Source of the DNA: Squalus acanthias
Lineage: Eukaryota
Direction of reading: 5' to 3'
Assembly (NCBI GenBank): GCA_030390025.1
Contig: CM059432.1
Span: 152,894,001-152,958,000, forward strand
Length of the DNA stretch: 64,000 nt
Made by a program: the position numbers and the translations under genes. Of the stretch, positions 36,934-49,787 are shown one piece after another (position 1 is the first letter of the stretch; every line of letters starts with the position of its first letter). Below the pieces are notes generated by a model. That model saw nothing but the letters and a program-made list of their open reading frames with translations. It ran no database searches and was not told the DNA's origin.

Positions 36934-37860
36934 GGACTGGGCCTTACACTAAACATCCGTAAGACAAAGGTCCTCTTCCAACCTGCCCCCGCCACACAGT
37001 ACTGCCCCCCGATTATCAAAATCCATGACAAGGCCTTGGACAACGTGAACCACTTTCCATACCTCGGGAGCCTACTGTCAACAAGGGCAGACGTCGATGA
37101 CGAAGTCCAACACCGTCTTCAGTGTTCCAGTGCAGCCTTCGGTCGCCTGAGGAAGAGAGTGTTTGAAGACCAGGACCTCAAACCCGGCACTAAGCTCATG
37201 GTCTACAGAGCAGCAGTGATACCCGCCCTGCTGTATGCCTCAGAGACATGGACCATGTACAGCAGGCACCTCAAAGCACTGGAGAGGTACCACCAACGCT
37301 GCCTCCGCAAGATCCTGCAAATCCATTGGCAGGATAGGTGCACCAACGTCAGTGTTCTCGCTCAGGCCAACATCCCCAGCATCGAAGCTTTGACCACGCT
37401 CGATCAGCTCCGATGGACGGGTCACATCGTCCACATGCCCGATACGAGACTCCCAAAACAAGCGCTCTGCTCGGAGCTCCGACACGGCAAGAGAGCCCCA
37501 GGTGGGCAGAGGAAATGCTTCAAGGACACCCTCAAAGCCTCCTTGAAAAAGTGCAACATCCCCACTGACACCTGGGAATTCCCTGGCCCAAGACCGCACA
37601 AAGTGGAGGAGAAGCATCTGGGAAGGCGCCGAACACCTCGAGTCTCTTCGCCGGGAGCAAGCGGAAGCCAAGCGCAAACAGCGGAAGGAGCGCACGTCAA
37701 CCCAAGCACCCCATCCACCCGCCCCTTCAACCACCGTCTGCCCCACCTGTGACAGAGACTGTAGGTCCCGCATTGGACTCATCAGTCACCTGAGAACTCA
37801 TTTTTAACGTGGAAGCAAGTCATCCTCGGTTCCGAGGGACTGCCTAAGAGAAGAGAGAGA
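36934..37860 (+). mobile_element. 5'-truncated RTE-clade LINE
   Basis: GLTLNIRKTK, FPYLGS, AAFGRL, ALLYASETWT, QLRWTGHIV.MPDTRLPK; (aga)-type tail; about 31-bp TSD at 36903-36933 / 37861-37892. Confidence 0.92.
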
Positions 37861-39191
37861 TGGTTGAGGGTGGGGCAGGACTGGCAGCTCAATATTCCGG
37901 GGTATAGTATCTTCAGGCGAGACAGAGGGGGGTGTAAAAGAGGAGGGGGTGTCGCAATATTAATCAAGGAGTCAATTACTGCTGTAAGGAGGGATGATAT
38001 CTTAGCAGGTTCCTCTAATGAGGCCATATGGGTAGAACTTAAAAACAAAAAGGGGGCAAGCACTTTGCTGGGAGTGTACTATAAGCCCCCAAACAGTCAG
38101 GGGGAGATAGAGGAACAGATATGTAGGCAAATCTCAGAGAAGTGTAGAAATAATAGGGTATTAATAGTAGGGGATTTCAACTTCCCCAATATTAACTGGG
38201 ATAGTCAGAGTGTGAAAGGCTTAGAGGGTGCAGAATTCTTAAAGTGCATCCAGGAGAGCTTTTTGAGCCAGCATGTAGAAAGTCCTACAAGAGAGGGGCG
38301 GTACTGGACCTAATTCTAGGGAATGTAGCTGGGCAAGTGGTAGAAGTGTCAGTAGGAGAGCATTTTGGTGACAGTGACCATAATTCGGTGAGATTTAAGG
38401 TGGTCATGGAAAAGGACAAAGATGGACCGGAAATAAAGGTTCTAAATTGGGGGAAGGCCAATTTTAATATGATAAGGCAGGATCTGGCCAAAGTGGACTG
38501 GGATCAGCTACTTGTAGGAAAATTCACATCAGAGCAATGGGATTCTTTCAGAAAGGAAATAGAGAGAGTACAATGCCAACATGTTCCCGTAAAGGTCAAG
38601 GGTGGGACCAACAAGCCCAGGGAACCCTGGATGTCAAGGGATATACAAGAATGGATTAGGAAAAAAAGGGAGGCTTTTGGCAGATACAAAGGACTAAAAA
38701 CAGTGGAAGCCCCAGAGGAGTATAGAAAGTACAGGGGGGTACTTAAAAAAGAAATTAGGAGAGTGAAGAGGGGGCATGAAAAAACACTGGCGGGCAAAAT
38801 AAAGGAAAATCCCAAGGTGTTTTATAAGTATATTAAGGGCAAGAGGATAACCAGGGAAAGAGTAGGGCCCATTAGGGACCAAAGTGGCAATCTGTGTGTA
38901 GAGCTGGAAGATGTGGGTGAGGTTTTAAATGAATATTTTGCATCTGTGTTCACTATGGAGAAGGACGATGTAGGTATAGAAGGCAGGGGGATTGTGATAT
39001 ACTTGAACAAATTAGTATTGAGAGGGAGGAGGTACTAGCGGTTTTAGTGGGCTTAAAAGTGGATAAATCCCCAGGCCCAGACAAGATGTATCCCAGGCTG
39101 CTGTGTGAGGCAAGGGAGGAGATTGCAGGGGCTCTGACACAAATTTTCAGATCCTCTCTGGCCACAGGGGAGGTGCCAGAGGACTGGAGGA

Positions 39192-41761
39192 TGAGTTCAT
39201 TGAGTGTATTAGGGATGGGTTTCTTGAGCAGTTTGTAACAGAACCGACCAGGGGGCAAGCAACCTTAGATCTGGTCCTGTGTAACGAGACAGGATTAATT
39301 AAAAATGTCCTAGTAAAGGATCCCCTTGGAATGAGTGACCATAACATGGTTGAATTCCATATTCAATTAGAGGGTGAGAAGGTTGGATCTCAAACAAGCA
39401 TGCTAAGCTTGAATAAAGGAGACTATGAAGGTATGCGAGCGGAATTTAGTAGAGTGGATTGGGAAAATAGATTAAAGGGTAAGACGATACATGATCAGTG
39501 GTGTACATTTAAGGAGTTATTTTACAACTTCCAAAAAAAAATATTCCACTGAGAAGAAAAGGGTGTAAAAGAAAAGACAGTCATCCGTGGCTAAGTAAAG
39601 AAATTAAGGATAGTATTCGAGTAAAAACAAGGACTTATAAGGTAGCCAAATCTAGTGGGAGGATAGAGGATTGGGAAAACTTTAAAAGACAGCAAAAAAT
39701 AACAAAAAGATTGATTAAGAAAGGGAAGAGAGATTATGAAAGTAAATTAGCAAAAAATATAAAAACAGATAGTAAGAGTTTTTATAGTTATATAAAAAGA
39801 AAAGGGGTGGCTAAAGTAAATGTTGGTCCCTTAGAGGATGAGACCGGGAAATTAATGGTGGGAAATATGGAGATGGCAAATACACTGAATGAATATTTTG
39901 TATCAGTCTTTACAGTAGAGGACACTAAGAATATCTCAACACTGGACAAACAGGGGGCTATGGGGGGGGGAGGAGCTAAACACGATCAAAATCACTAAGG
40001 AAGTGGTACTCGGTAAAATAATGGGACTCAAGGTGGATAAATCACCTGGACCTGATGGCTTACATCCTCGGGTCTTGAGGGAAGTGACGGTAGGGATTGT
40101 GGATGCATTGGTAATAATTTTCCAAAACTCCCTGGACTCAGCAAAGATCCCGGCAGACTGGAAAACTGCTAATGTAACACCCTTATTTAAAAAGGGCAGT
40201 AGACAGAAGGCTGGAAACTATAGACCGGTTAGCCTAACATCTGTGGTAGGTAAAATTTTGGAGTCCATTATTAAGGAGACAGTAACGGGACATTTGGATA
40301 ATCATAATTTAATAGGACAAAGTCAGCATGATTTCATGAAGGGGAAGTCATGTTTGACAAATTTGCTGGAGTTCTTTGAGGAAGTAACATACAGGGTGGA
40401 TAAAGGGGAACCAGTGGATGTGGTGTATTTAGACTTCCAAAAGGCATTTGACAAGGTGCCACACAAAAGATTATTGCTTAAGATAAAAAATCACGGGATT
40501 GGGGGTAATATTCTGGCATGGATAGAGGATTAGCTATCTAACAGAAGGCAGAGAGTTGGGATAAATGGTTCATTCTCAGACTGGCAATCAGTAACTAGTG
40601 GTGTTCCGCAGGGGTCAGTGCTGGGTCCCCAACTCTTTATAATCTATATTAACGATTTGGAGGAGGGGACCGAATGTAACATATCAAAGTTTGCAGATGA
40701 TACTAAGATGGGAGGGAAAGTAGTGAGTAAGGAGGACATAAAAAATCTGCAAGGGGACATAGACAGGCTAAGTAAGTGGGCAGAGATTTGGCAGATGGAA
40801 TACAATACTGGAAAGTGTGAGGTTATGCACTTTGGCAGGAAAAATAGTAGAGCAAGTTATTATCTTAATGGCAAGAAACTGGAAAGTACTGAAGTACAAA
40901 GGGATCTGGGGGTCCTGGTGCACGAAACTCAAAAGGTTAGTATGCAGGTGCAGCAAGTGATTAAGAAGGCCAATGGAATGTTGGCTTTCATTGCTAGGGG
41001 GATAGAATATAAAAATAGGGAGGTATTGCTTCAGTTGTACAAGGTATTGGTGAGACCGCACCTGGAATACTGCATACAGTTTTGGTGTCCATACTTAAGA
41101 AAAGACATACTTGCTCTCGAGTCAGTACAAAGAAGGTTCACTCGGTTAATCCCGGGGATGAGGGGATGGACATATGAGGAGAGGTTGGGTAGATTGGGAC
41201 TCTACTCATTGGAGTTCAGAAGAATGAGAGGCGATCTTATTGAAACATATAAGATTGTGAAGGGGTTAGATTGGGTGGATGCGGGGAGGATGTTCCCGAT
41301 GATGGGTGAAACTAGAACTAGGGGGCATAGTCTTAGAATAAGGGGCTGCTCTTTCAAAACTGAGATGAGAAGGAACTACTTCACTCAGAGGGTGGTAGGT
41401 CCATGGAATATGCTGCCCCAAAAAGCTGTAGAAGTTACATCATTACATAAATTTAAAACAGAAATAGACAGTTTCCTAGAAGTAAAGGGAATTAAGGGTT
41501 ACGGGGAGCGGGCAGGAATTTGGACATGAGTCTAGGTTCGGATTGGTCATGGCCCTGTGGGTAGCGTAGCGGGCCCAGGGGCCGTGTAGCCTGATCCTGT
41601 TCCTATTTCGTGTGTCCAATTCTGTTAGGTTCAGGAGATGGTTCTGTGATAGTAGATTGGCGGTTAGGATCAGATCAGCCATGATCTTATTGAATGGCGG
41701 AGCAGGCTCGAGGGGCCAATTGGCCTACTCCTGCTCCTATTTCTTATGTTCTTATGTATGT
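39192..41761 (+). mobile_element. 5'-truncated CR1 (copy B) nested in copy A
   Basis: Interrupts VPEDWR|TANV; ORFs 39331-41529; tail cttatgttcttatg; AGGA at both junctions. Confidence 0.9.
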
Positions 41762-43179
41762 AGGACAGCTAATGTAGTACCATTATTCAAGAAGGGTAGT
41801 AGGGATAAACCAGGGAATTACAGGCCAGTGAGCCTAACATCAGTGGTAGGGAAATTATTGGAAAAAATTCTGAGGGACAGAATTAGTCTCCACTTGGAGA
41901 GTCAAGGATTAATCAAGGATAGTCAGCATGGCTTTGTCAGGGGGCGATCATGTCTAACCAATTTGATTGAATTTTTCGAGGGGGTGACTAGGTGTGTGGA
42001 TGAGGGTAGTGCAGTTGATGTGGTCTACTTGGACTTCAGTAAGGCTTTTGACAAAGTCCCGCATGGGAGACTAGTCAAGAAGGTAAGAGCCCATGGGATC
42101 CAGGGCAATTTGGCACATTGGATCCAAAATTGGCTTAGTGGCAGGAGGCAGAGGGTGATGGTCGAAGGCTGTTTGTGACTGGAAGCCTGTGTCCAGTGGT
42201 GTACCGCCGGGATCGGTGCTGGGTCCTTTGCTGTTTGTAGTGTACATTAATGATTTAGATATGAATGTAGGAGGTATGATCAGTAAGTTCGCAGATGACA
42301 CGAAAATTGGTGGAGTGGTAAATAGCGAGGAGGGAAGCCTCAGGCTACAGGATGATATAGACGGGTTGGTCAGATGGGCAGAACAGTGGCAAATGGAATT
42401 TAATCCTGAAAAGTGTGAGGTGATGCATTTTGGGAGGACTAACAAGGCAAGGGAATGCACAATGAATGGTAGGACCCTAGGAAGGACAGAGGATCAGAGG
42501 GACCTTGGTGTGCATGTACATAGATCCCTGAAGGCAGCAGGACAGGTAGATAAGGTGGTTAAAAAGGCATATGGGATACTTGCCTTCATAAATAGAGCCC
42601 GAAGCTCAGGTAGGCCCCACAGACCAGCGGAGGCAGCAGCGAGAGCGGACCTGCGAGGAGCGGGATCTCGGCGAGAGGAGGCGGCCATTTAAAAAGCAGC
42701 TGAGGCGGAAGTCCAGCTCTTGAGCTTTTTTTTTCCAGAAGCGGACCAGGTGGGAAGCACCCAGGTGAACGGCATTTAAGGAGGGTGGTGGCTTAAACCC
42801 GAGTTCCTACAGAGTAGGAACCCCCACCCGCCCTCCTCCTCTAACCTACTAGTCTTTTAGCAGTCTAAAAACAGAGGTCACAAATTTTTTGGTCTCAGTT
42901 TCTTTTCAGCAGGGCAGGAACTGGGAGGAGCGGGAAGTCGGCGTAGGACCAAGGGGACACAAGACCGGGAAGTCAGCGAAAGACCAGGGAGGTAAGACTA
43001 ACTGGTAAGTACTTTCCTCAAACCTTCCTAGAAAGTAAAACTAAAACTAGTGGGATTTGGTTAGTTTAAAAAGGAATAAGAGGAGTACAGTATACATTGG
43101 TCTAAGTAAGCTTCGGGAAAACAAAAGTCAATAAATAAACTAAAACTAGAAAATTAAAAAGTAATATAAGGGTTAAGTC

Positions 43180-44127
43180 ATGGCAGTAGAGCTCGGACCT
43201 GTGTCATGCTCCTCCTGTAACATGTGGGAAATCAGGGACGCTTCCTGTGTCCCTGACAACCATGTGTGCGGGAAGTGTGTCCAGCTGCAGCTCATGTGGG
43301 ACCGCATGACAGCCCTTGAGCTGCGGATGGACTCACTTTGGAGCATCCACGATTCTGAGAGGGTTGTGGATAGCACATTTAGTGAGTTGGTCACACCGCA
43401 GGTTAAGGCCAGCGTAGATAGTACATGGGTGACCAAAAGGCAGAGCAAGGGCAGGAAGGTAGTGCAGAAATCCCCTGGGGTTGTCTCCCTTAGCAACAGG
43501 TTCACCGCCTTAGGTGCTGTTGTCGGGGGGGATGACTCATCGGGGGAAGGCACCAGCAGCCAGGCTCATGGCACCATGACTGGCTCTGTTGCAAAGAAGG
43601 GAGGGAAAAAGAGTGGCAGGGCTATAGTAATAGGGGATTTGATTGTAAGGGGAATAGATAGGGGTTTCTGTGGTCGCGACCGAGACTCCAGGATGGTATG
43701 TTGCCTCCCTGGTGCAAGGGTCAAGGATGTCTCGGCGCGGGTGCAGAACATTCTGGAGGGGGAGGGGGAACAGCCAGTTGTCGTGATACATGTTGGTACC
43801 AACGACGTAGCTAAAAAAAGGGAAGAGGTCCTACAAGTAGAATTTAGGGAGTTAGGAGCCAAGCTAAAAAGTAGGACCTCGAAGGTAGTAATCTCTGGAT
43901 TACTACCAGTGCCACGTGCTAGTAAGAGTACAGAGAACAGGATAGTTAGGCTAAATACGTGGCTTGAGCAGTGGTGTAAGAGGGAGGGTTTTAAATTTTT
44001 GAGGCATTGGAACCAGTTTTGTGGTAGGTGTGACCTATACAAAAGGGACGGTCTACACCTGTGCAAAGATGGAACTGATGTTCTCGGGGTAATTTTTGAT
44101 AAAGCAGTTCGGGAGCATTTAAACTAG
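43180..44127 (+). CDS. CR1 ORF1 protein (zinc finger plus SGNH esterase; GDS reads GDL)
   Basis: CSSC..CGKC, IGDLIVRG, HVGTND, DGLHL. Confidence 0.88.
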   Translation: MAVELGPVSCSSCNMWEIRDASCVPDNHVCGKCVQLQLMWDRMTALELRMDSLWSIHDSERVVDSTFSELVTPQVKASVDSTWVTKRQSKGRKVVQKSPGVVSLSNRFTALGAVVGGDDSSGEGTSSQAHGTMTGSVAKKGGKKSGRAIVIGDLIVRGIDRGFCGRDRDSRMVCCLPGARVKDVSARVQNILEGEGEQPVVVIHVGTNDVAKKREEVLQVEFRELGAKLKSRTSKVVISGLLPVPRASKSTENRIVRLNTWLEQWCKREGFKFLRHWNQFCGRCDLYKRDGLHLCKDGTDVLGVIFDKAVREHLN

Positions 44128-47068
44128 TATGGCAGGGGGCTAGAAACCTATGTAGTGAAATAGAGGAAAGTGAAAGGCAGACAGAAATAAATGGTAAAAG
44201 GGTGAGGAACAAAAAACAAAGGGCCAAACTAATTCATAAAAAATGTGAGCATAAAAAAAGCCTGAGGGTTTTATACCTTAATGCGAGAAGCATCAGGAAC
44301 AAGGTAGATGAATTAGCTGTGGAAATAGAGGTTAATAATTATGATCTAATTGGGATTACGGAAACATGGTTGCAGGGTGAGCAGGGCTGGGAGCTTAACA
44401 TACAGGGGTATTCAGTATTTAGGAAGGATCGACAAAAAAGAAAGGGAGGAGGGGTAGCATTGCTGGTAAAAGAGGGGATAAATGCAATTGAAAGGAAGGA
44501 TATTAACTCAGTTAATACAGAATCTATATGGGTGGAGCTAAGAAATAGCGAAGGGCGAAAAACATTAATAGGAGTGGTATATAGGCCTCCAAATAGTAAA
44601 ATAGAGGTTGGGGAGGGCATCACGAGGGAAATTAGAGAAGCGTGCAATAAGAGCACAGCTGTCATCATAGGTGACTTTAACTTACATATAGATTGGACTA
44701 GCCTAATCAGTAAAAATAATGAGGAGGAGGAATTCCTTGAGTGTTTAAGGGATGGTTATCTGGATCAATATGTCGAGGAACCAACTCGGGAACAGGCTAT
44801 ATTGGACTGGGTACTGTGCAATGAGAAGGGACTAATTAGTAATCTTGTTGTACGGGGACCCTTGGGTCAGAGCGATCATAACATGATCGATTTCTCACTC
44901 GAAATGGAGAGCGAAGAAATTGACTCAGAGACTAAGGTCCTGAATTTAAACAAGGGGAATTATGATGCCATTAGACGGGAACTGAGTAGGTCTGATTGGA
45001 CAATGTTCCTGGGAGGACTGGAGGTAGATAAACAATGGCAAGCATTTAAAGATAGAATGACAAAATTGCAAAAATTGTTTATACCAATCTGGCATAAAAG
45101 GAAATCTAAAAAGGTGACTCAACCGTGGATAACAGGGGAAATTAGAGACAGCATAAAATCCAAAGATAGGGCGTATAAAATAGCCAAAAAAAGCGCCAGA
45201 GCGGAAGATTGGGAACAGTTTAAGATAGAGCAAAGGAGGACAAAGGGCTTAATCAAGAGGGGCAAAATAGCTTACGAAAGCAAGCTGGCGGAAAATATAA
45301 AAACTAACTCCAAAAGCTTTTATAAGTATATCAAGAGGAAAAGACTGGTGAAAACCAAAGTTGGTCCATTGCAGTCAGATACGGGGGAATATATAACGGG
45401 AAATAAGGAAATGGCAGACCAACTAAATGCATACTTTGGGTCAGTCTTTACGAAGGAAGACACAAAAAACCTCCCTGGGATATCGGGAAAAATAGGGACA
45501 TTGGCAAAGGAGGAACTGACGCAAATCAATATCTCTAAGGATATGGTGTTAAGGAAGCTAAAGGGATTGAAGGCGGACAAATCCCCAGGGCCTGATAACA
45601 TGCATCCTAGGGTACTGAAGGAGGTGGCCCTAGAGATAGCGGATGCACTAAGTATGATTTTTCAGAATTCATTAGACTCGGGAACAGTGCCCATGGATTG
45701 GAGGGTAGCTAACGTTACCCCACTATTCAAAAAGGGGGGTAGGGAAAAAGCAGGTAATTACAGACCTGTAAGCCTTACATCAGTTGTGGGCAAAATGCTG
45801 GAGTCCATCATTAAGGATGAAATAGCGGAGCACTTAGCAAATGGGGACAGGATAGGACAGAGTCAACATGGATTTACAAAGGGTAAATCGTGCTTGACTA
45901 ATCTATTGGAATTTTTTGAGGGAGTAACTGGTAAAATAGATGGGGGAGAGCCAGTAGATGTGGTGTACCTGGACTTCCAAAAGGCCTTCGATAAGGTCCC
46001 ACATAAAAGATTAGCATGGAAAATTGAAGCTCATGGGATAAAGGGGAAAGTATTGACGTGGATAGAGAACTGGCTGTCAGATAGAAAACAGAGAGTTGGA
46101 ATAAACGGCTCATTTTCTGAATGGCAGGCAGTAACAAGTGGGGTACCACAGGGATCTGTCCTGGGTCCCCAGCTGTTCACAATTTACATTAATGACCTGG
46201 ATCAGGGAGTCGGATGCAGCATTTCCACATTTGCAGACGACACTAAACTAGGAGGGGGGGTGGGCTCAGAGGAGGAGACCAGGAAGCTCCAGAGCGATTT
46301 GGACAGACTGGGTGATTGGGCGGATAAATGGCAGATGCACTATAATGTGGACAAGTGCGAAGTTATCCACCTTGGGTGCAGGAACGGGAGGGCAAATTAT
46401 TATTGAAATGGCAATAAATTGGGAGAGGGGGAAGTACAGAGAGACCTGGGTGTTCTTGTACACCAGTCACTGAAGGCGAGCATGCAGGTGCAACAGGCGG
46501 TCAAGAAGGCAAACGGTATGCTGGCCTTCATAGCAAAAGGGTTGGAATACAGGAACAGGGATACCTTGCTGCAGCTGTACAGGGCACTGGTGAGACCACA
46601 CCTCGAGTACTGTGTACAGTTTTGGTCGCCTCATCTGAGAAAGATGTTCTTGCCATGGAGGGGGTGCAGCGGCGATTCACCAGGCTGATACCAGGAATGG
46701 CGGGATTGACCTATGAGGAGAGACTATGTAGTTTAGGGATGTACACACTGGAGTTTAGAAGATTGAGAGGGGACCTCATAGAAGTGTATAAAATTCTGAC
46801 AGGTCTAGACAGACTAGATGCAGAAGGAATGTTTCCCTTGGCGGGTGAGAACAGAACTAGAGGACATAATTTAAGGATAAGGGCTAAACCATTTAGGACA
46901 GAAATGAGGGGGAATTTCTTCACTCAGAGGGTGGTGAACCTGTGGAACTCATTGCCACAGAGGGCAGTGTACGCCAGCTCATTAAATATATTTAAGAGGG
47001 AATTAGATATATTTCTACAGGCAAAAGGGGTTAAGGGTTACGGAGAGAAGGCGGGGACGGGATACTGA
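44118..47068 (+). pseudogene. CR1 ORF2 (APE endonuclease plus reverse transcriptase)
   Basis: Open from the ORF1 overlap to 46403: LNARSIRNK, ITETWL, GDFN, SDHN, GVPQGSVLGP, FADD; continues 46407-47068. Confidence 0.92.
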
Positions 47069-47755
47069 ATTGGAGGATCAGCCATGATCTCATTAAATGG
47101 CGGAGCAGGCTCGAAGGGCCGGATGGCCTACTCCTGCTCCTATCTTCTATGTAATTCTATGTAATTAGCCGAGGCATAGAATATAAGAGCAGGGAGGTTA
47201 TGATGGAGCTGTACAAAACGCTTGTTAGGCCACACCTGGAATACTGTGTGCAGTTCTGGTCGCCACACTATAGGAAGGATGTGATTGCATTGGAGAGGGT
47301 GCAGAGGAGATTCACCAGGATGTTACCTGGGCTGGAGTGCTTCAGCTATGAAAAGAGACTGGACAGGCTGGGGTTGTTTTCCTTAGAGCAGAGAAGGCTG
47401 AGGGGGGACCTGGTTGAGGTGTACAAAATTATGAGGGGCATAGATAGGGTAGATAGAAAGGAACTTTTCCCCTTAGTAGAGGGGTCAATAGCAAGGGGGC
47501 ATAGTTTCAAGGTAAGGGGCAGGAGGTTTAGAGGGGATTTGAGGAAAAACTTTTTCACCCAGAGGGTGGTTGGAATCTGGAACTCACTGCCTGAAAGGGT
47601 GGAAGAGGCAGGAACCCTCACAACATTCAAGAAGCATTTAGATGAGTACTTGAAACGCCATAGCATACAAGGCTATGGACCAAGTGCTGGAAAATGGGAT
47701 TAGAATAGACAGGGCTTGATGGCCGGTGCGGACACGATGGGCTGTATGACACTAT

Positions 47756-48648
47756 GGGGGAGAAATTCAGTATCGCCCCATTTGGGGCGCAATTATCGGC
47801 CGAGCGCAAAGATTAGCGCCTGGCGCTAATTATCACCACCGACTGCAAACTTGACTTTTATCACCCCTGGAGGTGATTGGAGCGCTAAATCAGGCGCTTC
47901 ACACCTGTCTTAAGGCGCAAAGGCCGAGGAGCGAGGCGCTAACTCAGAGCGCTGGCGAAGCTCATGTGATGTCAGTCAGCAATGGACCACACACACAATG
48001 GCGCCGGCCAGTTCTTAAAGGGGATGGTTAATCTTGCTTTCCATCCACATCCTGCTCATTGCAGCCTTGAATCTCGGCCTGGAGAGACCTGCACATCAAA
48101 TCTGCTGGAAAGAACAATGGAGAGTACCAGGCAAAGAGCTCAGAGTGCAGCCCCCACAGACTCTTCTAAATCGATACAAGGAATGGCAGATCAAAATGAA
48201 CCTGCAAAGTGCTGCTCAGTACCCAAAACTCCTTCACACAACGTTGAATCTCTCCAGAAGTCTCTCTCTCTCTCTCTCAGAATGCGTAGTTCAAAAATGG
48301 CACCAAGAATAAAAGGCAGGAAGCGGTCACCTTTAAATAGCGCTCCCCCTTTCCCTTCATGACTGCAGAATGCTCCCGTCAACCTGTCGTTGCTAGCGTC
48401 AGGCGGTAAGGCAGGGGGCGCCACTCAATTTCCGCTCCGGGGCGTTACCGGGGCGTTGCGCACTCGACTGACGTCACGATCTGCCGGAGCAGGAGATCGT
48501 GGCGGTAGTGTTTAGCGCCGCCGCAAAATGTCTAGTTAATTTCGCGAGCGCCGCAAACTTCGCCGCGCCTGGGCGCTAGATGCTTTGCGCCCCATTAGCG
48601 CCCTCTTAAGGCGCTAACGGGAGGCGCAACCAACTGAATTTTTCCCCC
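47756..48648 (-). mobile_element. Harbinger-type MITE, copy 2
   Basis: TIR gggggagaaattcag/ctgaatttttccccc, TSD TAT; inverted homologue of 22302-23182. Confidence 0.9.
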
Positions 48649-49787
48649 TATGACTCTATGAAGCAAGAGAATGCCACTTCCTAACTACCCTCTGTGTAAA
48701 GAATTTTAATTACTTTTGTGACTTATCTTATGAAAGCATTTCATTCAATGAGTTACTTATAATGGGTACATTAATTACAAACTATCTGGAGCAGTAATGT
48801 GTCTAGTTTGATATTTGCTTTTCCTAAACAGTAGTATTGTGAGTTTGCAGCTTCCTTGGATGCCTGACTGGAGCTGCCAGTTCTGCTTTGTCCAGACGAG
48901 GGCAGTGTTGCACCATCTACAGCTCAACATTGGAAATAGTGACTGGGAGCCAAGGCACATCATGCAAAGCGTCACACTTTCAGCCGGATTGCAAACTAAC
49001 GGTTTACAAAACAGGCACTTGGAGACATCGCAGATCCTTTGGAGCACAGCTCCTGAAAGCAGTTTGTTAAAGTTCACTGGTCGTGTGGAAATATCGTTCC
49101 AATGGATGAAGGGTGGCAGCTCTCTTCACTCCCAGGGACAAGGCTCCCGTGCCCCGTGCAGTGCAAGTTATCAGGGACTTTTTAAATTTATTTATGAATT
49201 GTGACACCACTAATTCACAAAACTTGCACCAGGCGCCATCACATTGACACCCTTTCTAATGAGACACTTAGACCCATACAGTGACCGCCTATCACACCTC
49301 AATGTACCTCCTCTTTATAAAGATGGATTCTGTGTAATATCAAAATCACAATATTTACTTGATCCATGAGACAATTTCTGGTCTAAATGAGTTTACTTTT
49401 ACAGCATCTTGGTCCACTAATTAAATCTGTATTTGTTTTTGTTGCTTTCTTTGAAAGATGAGTTGATTAAAAATTCATTAGCAGAATGTGTAACCCCTGG
49501 AAGAGCAATTAAGGTTTGATGGAACTACCATTTCAGGGAGTATAAAACGAGGTGTCACTTCTGGTGGTGCTTTGAGCGATAATATTCACCAGATTTTCCA
49601 ATAATGACCTTAACTAATTACACCATGTTCCCTAACCCCAAAATAATGCTCTAATGGGGACAATTTCTTCTGGTTGTTTTGTGTCAGTGACACCACGAAC
49701 ATAAAATGGAAGTTTTCCCCTGATCACTATTGCTCGCAAGTTTGTGAAATGTGTTTACGATTTCACTAGAAAATAACATGGACTCAG

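Larger units (their letters stand above)
42590..47163 (+). mobile_element. Nearly intact full-length CR1 (copy C) nested in copy A
   Basis: 5' UTR, open ORF1, ORF2 with one nonsense codon (46404-46406) and one frameshift (about 46640), tail tctatgtaattctatgta. Confidence 0.93.
35370..48660 (+). mobile_element. Full-length CR1 (copy A) split by four nested insertions
   Basis: GC-rich 5' UTR, ORF1, ORF2 in segments 36660-36933, 37861-39191, 41762-42589, 47164-47703; tail resumes 48649-48660. Confidence 0.85.
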
